Below, in pieces: positions 52,094 to 64,000 of a stretch of DNA of 64,000 nt (the first letter of the stretch is position 1; every line of letters starts with the position of its first letter). The DNA comes from Eledone cirrhosa (lineage: Eukaryota), in assembly GCA_964016885.1 (NCBI GenBank), contig OZ024742.1, positions 146,072,001 through 146,136,000 on the forward strand, written 5' to 3'. The notes under the pieces were generated by a model, which was given only the letters and a program-made list of their open reading frames with translations, did not search any database and was not told where the DNA came from. The position numbers and the translations under genes are program-made.

Positions 52094-53544
52094 CCTAGAT
52101 AATGTTTGCTTATGGCTGATTTGTGTTTGTTGTGTGTGTATAAATACGTGTATGTATTTGTTGTGATTTTGTGTAGAAAAGTATGTGTAATTCTGTACAT
52201 GATGTGAAATATATTTTGTAATGAAGAGAGTTGCAATTCTTCATAAAAAGGGAAAGTTAAAATAAAGCTATTTTTATTCCCAGATGAAACTAATCTACTA
52301 TTAACTAGCTAGTTGAGATTTCCCTTGCCTAATTCACATGACAACCAATCAAAGATTTCATGCCAAGAGACAAAACACAGCCAAATGTTAGTATAGTATA
52401 TTTAATGAAAGTTAATGTTTTTTTTAGTTTAGAAAATATTTCAACAGCCAAACCATGTATTTTTAAGTATCTAAAAGTTATTATTTTTCTCTAATATCAT
52501 AGATTTATTATTTAATAGAGGGTCAGTTATTCCAAATATATTATTGCAAGATTCGATACAACAACAAACAGCAAGCACTTTAAGGCCATTTTTTTCCTGC
52601 CAAAGCAGGGTTTAACCTTGTGGGCTCCATGACAAGCTTTTCCATTTTGCCCCATCGTCTGCATCTCCCTTTCATCAACGACCTGGCTTTCATTTCCTCC
52701 TCTCCCTTAATCATTATCATCATCATCATTTGATGATATGGAAATTTGATTTAGGTGAGAGAGAGGAGAAGCGAGAGGGAGAGGGGGGAAGAGAAAGAGG
52801 GGGTAAAGTGAGAAAGAGAGATGAAATGAAATAATGTAATGAATATAGATATATTGATTGGCTTTCACTGTTCGTTTTATTGAAGACTGGAATTTTTGAA
52901 GAATTTACCAATAATTTCTATAAAATATCAGGAATAATATGATGAAATCAAAAGAATTAATTTCCAAGTATTGTTACTAATGATAAAAAGCTTCATTCAG
53001 AGACAAAGATAGCAGTCTCTCTGCTTTCAACAAATTTAAATCTCTAAGGTTATCTTAATTATTTTAATACCAAACTGCTTAAACTATCCCTGGTTTTATG
53101 ATACTAAGCTATTTATTTTAAAGTATATATATTTAAAAAGATTTCAACATAATTTTATGTAAGAATTTTGGTTATATTTTAAACAGCAGCTTAACAATGA
53201 AGAAGTTACATTACTATATCCCTCCAAATTTTTGAAAACTTTTCAAAATGATTTAAAAATCACAAGCAATGGCATTCTTTAGAAATATTGTAAAGAAAGA
53301 GTTAACAACAGGCTGTATTTATTCATAAGTCTAAAGCTAGTTTAAAGTTTTCTGATCTACATCACCATAGCAACCTCCAAAATAATATTATCATAAAGAC
53401 TGCCATAAAAAAAAAACTATTTCAAAATACTCGATGCCTTTCAAGTTGTGTTTGCATCTATCTCGAGCAGATTTCATAAAAACATATTACTATGCTACTA
53501 AGATATCATTAAATAATGTCTACATCACAGTACTGCATATATAA

Positions 53545-56005
<2,461 letters not shown>

Positions 56006-56204
56006 ATTGTTATCGTTGTCATTGTCGTTGTTTTAACAAACTATTTCTGTTTTTCTTGTGGTTCCTTGTTGTGAAGAGTGATAATGATAATAATAATGAC
56101 CATAATGATGATGATGCTATTATTTTTTCACAATTATTTTTATCATTATCATTATTATTACTGATATTATGATTATTGTTATTATTATTATAATTAATAT
56201 TATG

Positions 56205-56237
<33 letters not shown>

Positions 56238-56273
56238 ATTATTATTATTGTTATCCTGTGTTGTCATGTGACA

Positions 56274-56626
56274 TCATATATCTGCAACAACAACACGACC
56301 ATCATTTATTGTGGCTTGCTTCATCAGTTGATAGGCAGCCTTGTTCTTGCTGTTCGGGTTGTTGCAGTATTCTTCAGTAGAAGAGCCCATTCCGTCGTCA
56401 TCTTCTCCTTGACTTCCATCAATAAAGGAGGTTTGCATGACACAGTGTCTACGAGAAAGTGGGCTCTGATCAAGGGGTGGCAAATGTGAGGTGAGTTGTT
56501 GGTTCTGTGAAGATGACTTTTGAAAGTGTTGTCTCCGGTAGCAGTAGACGATGATGAGTGTGAGCAATAAGACAAAGATTAGCGGAGCCACAACACATGC
56601 CGTAATCAACAAGATTTCTTCCAAAC
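56274..56626 (-). CDS. Terminal coding exon of a host single-pass (type I) membrane protein: TM helix plus cytoplasmic tail
   Basis: Acceptor ttttcttttaattAG at 56627-56628 (phase 1). TM ILLITACVVAPLIFVLLLTLIIVYCY is followed by RR; complex, non-repetitive sequence; TGA at 56274-56276. Confidence 0.78.
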
Positions 56627-56789
56627 CTAATTAAAAGAAAAAGTAAACAAAATAATTATTATAATGATTTCTTTCTTGGCCACTGGGATTGAAAACATTT
56701 AGGACAATACAAATAAACAAGGGCTGTGGGGATTTATATAAAATGTGTAAACAGAATAAAGAAATGGATAACAAAAAGTAACAGTAAAT

Positions 56790-57349
56790 AATGGTTTTTG
56801 ATTTAGGCACACGGCCAGCAATGTTTTTTTTGGGGGGGAAGTCGATTAAGTTGACCCCAGTCCCTGACTGGTACTTTCTTTGGTTTCTCCTCACCCCATG
56901 CAGATTAAAAAAAAGTAACAATAAATAATTGTTTCTACTTTAGGCACAAGGCCAGCAATTACCCAGTGCATTACTGGTACTTTATTTTTTTATCGACCCC
57001 GTAAGGATGAAAGGCAAAGTCAACCTCGGCGGGATTTGAACTCAGATCGTAAAGGGACGTAACTATGCTGGAAAGCATGGCGTCCGACCCTCTACTGATA
57101 CTGCCAATCCACCGTAAAGTAACAATAAATAATGGTTTCTGATTTAGGTATAAGCCAACAATTTTTGGGATGGGGGGAACAGTTGATTAAATTGAGTCCA
57201 GTGCATTACTGGTATTTTATTTTATCAACCTTGTAAGGATGAAAGGCAAAGCTAACCTCAATAGGATTTGAACTCAGAAAGTAAAAGGCGCTAACTCTGT
57301 CACAAAGCATGTTGTCTGATGCTCTACTGATACTGTTAATCCACCGCCC
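56790..57349 (-). mobile_element. Three stacked SINE family A copies
   Basis: Copies at about 56790-56905, 56927-57114 and 57134-57349, separated by repeats of the target aca(a/g)taaataat. Confidence 0.85.
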
Positions 57350-58316
57350 TTTACAATAAATAATCACAACAGAATTCTCCAAAGTTACACTGACTCAAAA
57401 TGATATCAGTCGTCAAAGAAACCAGCCTACGCTGGCCATTCTCACTCCCTACATTCATCTGTTTAGTTTTTGTTTTTTTGATTTTTTTCAATGTAACTCT
57501 TGAAGAAACCATTGGAGTGCCATATTGACATATGGCATTTCTATGGCAATCTTTATATACGAAGTACGTCTCCTTTGCAGGTTTGAATATAGCAGATTTC
57601 TTCCAGAGAAGGATAAAGAAAGTGAGAGAATGGAACTCAGAAAAAAGATATAGATTGGTACTATTTTATCATCCTTGACTGGATGAAAGACAAAATTGAC
57701 CTTGGCATTCATCTACCTTTTAACAAATACACTTCCCTTTTCATTTTCTACTTCCTATTCAAATAGAACTTGAAAAAGTCAATAATAGCTAGATCAAAGA
57801 AGAATGTGTCTTCAGTCTTTTCAGCCTTCTTCACCACACACACTCTTTCACCATATCCCTCAGATGGAAGAAAATTGCTTGTCATTCATGATAGAATTGG
57901 CCAACAGTTGGATCCATCTTATACACGACAACAGTTGTTTGACAAAATTCTACAAATCAGCAATGCATGGACAATGATTTCATTGCTCTGCACACATCTC
58001 AGACAGAAACATCTGATAGAGTTTGTATATTTGATCAGTTGAATACATCTCTTCCAGAATAAGTGGTAGTGGTGATTGTATTGGTTTTGGTGATGTGATG
58101 ATGTGGTGGTGGTGGTGGAGGTGGTGTGATGACAGTATGGAGTATATTTGATGTAAACAATTATGGCTTCAAATATTATTGTGCCAAACCAAAGATAAAA
58201 AACTAATAAAGTAATATGAAAAATCCATAATAAAGACGATCAAATTTGAGCTCAGCCATTTGAAAGAAAAGTTGTTCTCTATTTACACACACACATATCA
58301 TATATATATGTATATA

Positions 58317-60199
58317 TCATCATCATCATCATCATCACCGTTTTACGTCCGTTCTTCCACGCTAGCATGGGTTAGACGGGTTGTCCTGTTGTGGGCAGTG
58401 TCTGGTCGGCTGACCATGCCTTGCTCATACAGGAACTGATCTGGCTTGATTTCTACAGCTGGATGCCCTTCCTAACACCAACCTCATTTACAGTGAGTGC
58501 TGGGTGCTTTTTCGTGGCGCCTACACGTCCACTTTACAGTGTGGGCTGGGTGCTTTTTTGCCGTGGCACCTCCACGACCACCTTGCGGTGGGGGGGGGGG
58601 GCATATTGTTTATATGCTTCAGCATGTACCCATGGGAGGTCGGGTACCCTGTATTACTGCGTGACGCCAGAAGTCACGGTCGTGTGTCATTGACTTTGAG
58701 AGGTGTAGTTGGGTAAGGTCGGCTTTTATCACCTCATCCCAAGTCATCTTGGGTCTCCCCACTCCGCGGTTTCCATCAACTTCTAGTGCTCTGCACCTTT
58801 TTATGCAGCTGTCATCCTTCATACGCATCACATGTCCATACCAGCGTAACCGCCTCTCCTGCACGCAGCATTTGATTCCTCTTATGCTCAGTCTCTCTCT
58901 CAATTCATTTATGCTTTGTCGTTCACGTATATTACTGTTACACATCCATCGGAGCATGCAGGCTTCGTTTCTCTCTAATCTACGTAAGTCTTCCACCTTC
59001 AGCGCCCAGGTCTCACTACCATGCAACATCGCTGTTCGGATACACGCATCATACAGTCTGCCTTTCATTCTGAGGGAGAAGCCTTTTGCAGCTAGCAGTG
59101 GTAGTAGTTCCCTAAACTTCTTCCATCCCGTTCTTACCCTAGTTATTGTACTTTCTGAGCACCCACCTCCGTTGCTAATTCGGTCACCTAGGTAGCAGAA
59201 GCTGTCTACTGTTTCTACAGGGCCCTCCCAGAGATTGGTGGTACTTGTTTCCTGTGGCTGTTTGCTTGCTGTTTCAGCACAGCTGCTGCATGTGAATCCT
59301 ACATTCTTAATTAAGCTTCCTGAGATCCCGCTACATCTCTTGTGTACCCATTGTTTGCATTTGGGGCAGAGAATGGAGTTCCTACCTACACCTTTCCTAC
59401 ATACTGAGCAAGGCCATTTCCCTGAGGGGATCTGGGTTCTGTTTTCTCGTCTACTTATAAGGACCTTAGTCTTTGTCATGTTGACTTTGAGGCCCTTTCT
59501 CTCTAGTCCCTGCTTCCAGGTTTGGAATTTATTCTCTAGTTCTACCATAGATTCAGCTATGAGTGCGAGGTCATCAGCATACAGGAGTTCCCATGGGCAT
59601 CCGGTCTTAAACTCCTCCGTTATTGCCTGCAGGACTATGATGAACAGGAGAGGGCTAAGAACAGAGCCCTGGTGGACCCCAACCTGTACGCTAAATTCCT
59701 CGCTATACTCATTGCCAATCCTAACTTTGCTGACTGCTCCCCTATACATGGCTTGTACCGCTTTCACAAGCCATTCATCTACTCCTAGTTTTCTAAGAGC
59801 CCACCAGATTACTGCACGTGGAACTCTGTCAAAGGCTTTCTCAAGGTCGACAAATGCCAAGTAGAGTGGCTTACTTTTAGCTAGGTACTTTTCCTGTAAT
59901 TGCCTCACAAGGAAGAGCGCATCAGTGGTGCCTTTCCCTGGAACAAACCCAAATTGCATCTCGTCTATATTCACCCGGTCCCTAATCAGCTGTGCTATAA
60001 CTCTTTCTGTTACTTTCATGACCTGGTCCATCAACTTTATACCTCTATAGTTTCCTCTATCTAGTGCATCGCCTTTACCTTTGTAGCAGTTGACAATGAT
60101 GCTACTGCACCAATCTTTTGGTATGGCCCCCTCTAGTATTACCTGGTTAACGATACGTGTGGTTATAGTGTGACCTACAGACCCAGATGCCTTCAGCAT
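58317..60199 (-). mobile_element. Young 5'-truncated RTE LINE
   Basis: (TCA)n tail, 3'UTR and an uninterrupted ORF; inserted in (TA)n. Confidence 0.95.
58619..60199 (-). CDS. Intact RT + PHD-like finger + C-terminal domain of RTE ORF2 (no endonuclease)
   Basis: 526-aa open frame with NYRGI, QFGF, FVDLEKAFD, GVHQGS, YADD and a C4HC3 finger. Confidence 0.85.
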   Translation of the reverse strand: MLKASGSVGHTITTRIVNQVILEGAIPKDWCSSIIVNCYKGKGDALDRGNYRGIKLMDQVMKVTERVIAQLIRDRVNIDEMQFGFVPGKGTTDALFLVRQLQEKYLAKSKPLYLAFVDLEKAFDRVPRAVIWWALRKLGVDEWLVKAVQAMYRGAVSKVRIGNEYSEEFSVQVGVHQGSVLSPLLFIIVLQAITEEFKTGCPWELLYADDLALIAESMVELENKFQTWKQGLERKGLKVNMTKTKVLISRRENRTQIPSGKWPCSVCRKGVGRNSILCPKCKQWVHKRCSGISGSLIKNVGFTCSSCAETASKQPQETSTTNLWEGPVETVDSFCYLGDRISNGGGCSESTITRVRTGWKKFRELLPLLAAKGFSLRMKGRLYDACIRTAMLHGSETWALKVEDLRRLERNEACMLRWMCNSNIRERQSINELRERLSIRGIKCCVQERRLRWYGHVMRMKDDSCIKRCRALEVDGNRGVGRPKMTWDEVIKADLTQLHLSKSMTHDRDFWRHAVIQGTRPPMGTC

Positions 60200-60694
60200 A
60201 TATATAAATTAATACGGATTGGACACTACCGTATATTTTGGTAGATTTATCTACATATATATATAAATTTTAACAACATCTTCCAACCAACACAGGTTCC
60301 TGCTCTCTTGCTATCTCTCAGAAACAAATGTGTAGTTACCATTGCTCTCTACAGTGCCATCTCCACCAACATCTCACATGCCCTCTGCCATTACTCAATA
60401 CTAGAAGTTGCTGTGATTTTGTTAGAGCAAACATTGCCCTGGTGAAATCACAGCAACTCTTCTTTTGTTGGTTCCATGATATATGATGTACACAGTACAC
60501 TGAGAATAGCCATAGTGCTGGTGGCACAATAATATTCACCCAGTACATTCTGTAAGGGGCAATGCTCGTGCTATGATAAAACACACTCAGCGTACTCTGT
60601 AAAGTAGCTGTGCTCATTCCATGGTAAAATGCATCCAGAACATTGTGTAAAGTTGTTTCTCATTGTATCTGTATATAAACCAGTACAGAGATAC

Positions 60695-61475
60695 AAGGAG
60701 AAAGGCAGAACAATGAGAAAAGGAGAGAAAGGAGGACAAAGAGAAAAGGATAGCAAAGAGAAAAGGAGAGCAAGGAGAGCAAGGAGAAAAGGAGAGCAAT
60801 GAGAAAAGGAGAGCAAGGAGAAAAGGAGAGCAAGGAGAAAAGGAGAGCAAGGAGAAAGGGGGAGAAAGAAGAGCAAGGAGAAAGGGAGAACAAGGAGAGC
60901 AAGGGTAAAAGGAGAGCAAGGAGAGGAACGGGAAAAGGGGAGCAAGGAGAGGAAGGAAAATGAGAAAAGGAGAGTATGGAGAGCAATGAGAAAAGGAGAG
61001 CAAGGAGAGGAAAGAGAAAAGGAGAGCAAGGAGAAATGGAGTGCAAGGAGAGCAAGGAGAAAAGGAGAGCAAAATAAAAGGAGAACAAAGATAAAAGGAG
61101 AGCAAGGAGAGGAAGGAAAAAATGAGAGCAAGGAGAAAAAGAGTGCAAGGAGAGCAATGAGAAAAGGAGAGCAAGTAGAAAAGGAAAGCAAGTAGAAAAG
61201 GAAAGCAAGTAGAAAAGGAGAGCAAGGAGAAATGGAGAATAAGGAGAGCAAGGAGAAAAGGAGAACAAGGCGAGGAATGAGAAAAGGAAAAGGAGAGCAA
61301 AGAGGAAAGGAGTGCAAGGAGTGCAATGAATAAAGGAGAGCAAGGAGGGGAAGGAGAAAAAGAGAGCAAGGAGAGCAATGAGAAAAGGAGAGCAATGAGA
61401 GGAAGGAGAAAATGAGAGCAGGGAGAGCAAGGAGAGGAAGGAGAAAAGGAGAGCAATGAGAAAAGGAGAGCAAAG
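60695..61475 (+). repeat. Polypurine degenerate tandem repeat (aaggagagc/aaggagaa units)
   Basis: Direct reading; about 780 bp, overwhelmingly A/G. Confidence 0.93.
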
Positions 61476-61487
61476 AGTGGTTAAGGT

Positions 61488-62150
61488 AAATATTGCTGAA
61501 GTAGAAATATTGTGGAAGAAGAAAAAAAATCAACTGAAGAGGTACATTCTGCACCAAAATGACTTTTCTTCCTTTACAAAGATTGAGGTTTCATCTTTTG
61601 TAACTCCTGGTACAAAAACTTTCTTCACAAGATTTTCTATCAGCACTGATTTCCTTGACAAAGACCCTTCAAGATGGAAGGATGGCCCTGGTTTCAAAAG
61701 TGGACTTGAAAATCTTGAGAAGACAGTTGTGAATGATGTTGAAGAAAGAGGTGTCAAACTCATTCAGGGCTACAATAACATTCTCACAGATTGTTCCCGA
61801 AAACTGTAAAATATACCCAACTGCCACTAAATCCTCTCTTATGCAAAAATAATGTTCAATATTCAAAATATAGAAATTATTGTTGTAAATAAAAATGCGT
61901 TTCTCTTATAGAAGTTGTGTGCTTTATTAAGAAAATCTAATATTTCTTAAGTTTTTCATGTTATTTCAGGAATTTTTCAAATTAACTATTGGTAAATTTG
62001 ATTCAGAACGTTTTTAAACATTTGCTGGGGTTGCCTGGATGAGTCCACATAAATTTCTCTAAGAAGAAAAAAGAAAATGGTCGAGATAGGGAACAGAATT
62101 AATTGTTGCGTATACCATGTTCCAACTTCAAGGCGTTTGAGGGTCACCTA
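61488..62150 (+). mobile_element. hATm-like DNA transposon 3' remnant
   Basis: FFTRFSISTDFL..DP..W...VVND..ERGVKLIQ.YNNILT is typical of this transposase C-terminus; ends ...gtcaccta. Confidence 0.55.
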
Positions 62151-62267
62151 ACATTTGTTCGATTGAGCTGAAATTTTCCACTTCCCATTCTTCTGTTGAT
62201 TGAAAAAGGATTAAAGGTTGGGAGCAGCAAAATTTTAACTTTCGGAAAATTACCTATTGCTAAGAAT

Positions 62268-62335
<68 letters not shown>

Positions 62336-62420
62336 TAAGTTATTCCGGGTTGAATCGGAGGTAACCACAGTAAGTAAGGTACTCAATACATAGCAGAGTA
62401 TAAAAGTTTTAATATAGATG

Positions 62421-62471
62421 AGATTCTACAAGACTAGAACTGTTTCATTTTTTAGAAATCATCAGGAATCT
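62421..62471 (-). ncRNA. Type-I hammerhead ribozyme (inverted copy, 2 substitutions)
   Basis: The minus strand reads AGATTC-CTGATGA-TTTCTAAAAAAT-GAAA-CAG-TTCTAGTC-TTG-TA-GAATCT. Confidence 0.65.
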
Positions 62472-62623
62472 GGCTCTCCAAAATAAATGTTGTGGTATTT
62501 ATATCTTTTCTGGTGGTAGAAGAGGGTGGGGAGTGGGATGGGTGGAGGTCATTGGTTGAAAGAAAAGGGAATTCATTAAAAGCTAATTCTTTAAGGCTAT
62601 AATTATATTTATTTTGGACAGCC

Positions 62624-62674
62624 AGATTCCTGATGATTTCTAAAGAATGAAACAGTTCTAGTCCTGTAGAATCT
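62624..62674 (+). ncRNA. Type-I hammerhead ribozyme
   Basis: AGATTC-CTGATGA-T-TTC-TAAA-GAA-T-GAAA-CAG-TTCTAGTC-CTG-TA-GAATCT. Stems I, II and III all pair; the GUA cleavage triplet is at 62666-62668. Confidence 0.82.
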
Positions 62675-62711
62675 CATCTATATTAAAACTATATATATAT
62701 ACACACACACA

Positions 62712-62772
<61 letters not shown>

Positions 62773-63445
62773 TATATGTATATGTATGAATGTATATATG
62801 TATGTGAGTTTGTGTCTGGATCTGTGTATCTGTGTTTACATTTGTGACTGTGTTTATGTTCAACAAGAAAGGGATCAATAAAACTAATGCCCAACTTGAA
62901 AAATAATTACTGGGGTTGATATGGTCCACTAAATCAAAGCAGTGCTTCAACACAGCAGAAGTCTGATGACTGAAACCAGTAAAAGAATAAAAGAATTAAT
63001 TTGCTTTCTATCTCTGTCCATGTACAGTTATTCCCAAACTCATACATACATACACAGATAATCCTAAACATACACATACATACATATGCTTTCCAAGATG
63101 GAGATTATGTTGAATAATTTATAAACACTTTGCATAATATAGGAAACTCTCAGTCAGTTGTCATTTGAAGTATTTCAACAGTTAAATTATTTAATAAAAT
63201 AATAGTTAATTTGTTTGATTTATCAGAAGACAAGTTATGAGATTTTTAGACTAATAAATTAATTTGGTGGGTAAAATTGAAAATTTCTTCTGTGTTACAT
63301 TAATCATTGTGCTGTTGAGACTTTAAATTCCTCAAATCATCAGATTTTTGTTGAATGTGAGTAAATATATTGTTTATATAAAGTGTTCCCAAATGTCTCA
63401 GTTTGAAATTGTCCCAGTTTGGGGCTTGAAAATTCTGGTAAGCAT

Positions 63446-63501
<56 letters not shown>

Positions 63502-63503
<2 letters not shown>

Positions 63504-64000
63504 TCATCTTTTTAGCTGCTTTTAGCTGCTTTTCCATGCTTGTTGGATGGGTCCTTCTCAGCATGGCATCTCTCCATTTGTCGCATTCCTTTGTCATCTC
63601 CTCTGCCAGTCTTAGCGATTTGAGATCAGCTCTCAGAACCTCAGCCCAGGTCTTTCTTGTTCATCCTCTACTGGGGTTTCCTAGCATTTCTTCACCCATC
63701 AATTATTATCCATGCACATGTTACTAGTTTGATTCCTACCTCTCCCAATACTTTTAGCACCTCAGCAATTATTTCTGATGGTCCCACAGCTTTACTGTTC
63801 TTCATTTCCTTGCTTTCATCTTTGACCCTAAAACTATCAACTTTAATAGCTGGTCATAACCTTCCTTTGGGTAATTGAGGGGTAGTCACAAGACAATGGA
63901 AAATTTACTTTCTTTAGCCTTTCTCTGGGCTGTCGCCTAGCTTCTTTCTTAGCTAATTGGTACCAATCTCTGCTACCTCCATTTTTCCAGCTTTTGCATG
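63502..64000 (-). mobile_element. Decayed RTE with an internal deletion, running off the window
   Basis: The 3' end (TWAEVLRADL..WRDAML) abuts a pre-RT segment (KEMKNSKAVGPSEIIAEVLK). Confidence 0.75.

Noticed and set aside
57770-58050. Upstream exon of the membrane-protein gene
   Set aside because: Stops occur in all minus-strand frames; it looks like a very decayed RTE/BovB-like C-terminal fragment.
60571-61557. Leu/Ser/Phe-rich multi-TM-looking ORFs
   Set aside because: Antisense of the polypurine repeat; open in all three frames.

Overview
This is a eukaryotic, AT-rich, microsatellite-dense window. The repeat landscape (RTE LINEs with (TGA)n tails, tRNA-derived SINEs, huge (TA)n/(CA)n/trinucleotide tracts) suggests a coleoid cephalopod such as Octopus; that assignment is inference. 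Almost all long ORFs are transposon-derived or low-complexity artefacts. Transposons present: one near full-length decayed RTE LINE (8.3-12.1 kb) plus several 5'-truncated copies, all carrying a PHD-type finger right after the RT; a compact 4.1-kb Gypsy LTR element with a 5-bp TSD and a non-tRNA-like PBS; a DD37D (maT) mariner; several Penelope-like (GIY-YIG) elements; CRE-, CR1- and hATm-like remnants; MITEs; and many SINEs. The only convincing host coding sequence is a terminal exon on the minus strand (56274-56626) encoding a transmembrane helix plus cytoplasmic tail. The most notable non-ORF signal is a set of minimal type-I hammerhead ribozymes. They occur as two outward-facing inverted pairs (30585-30624/32615-32654 and 62421-62471/62624-62674) plus several decayed cores. 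Other structural oddities: a near-perfect 450-bp palindrome, a 48-bp array of GNRA hairpins grown from an RTE 3'UTR, a 5'-inverted RTE with TSD, and inverted SINE pairs that could form dsRNA. Coordinates of decayed elements are approximate and read by eye.
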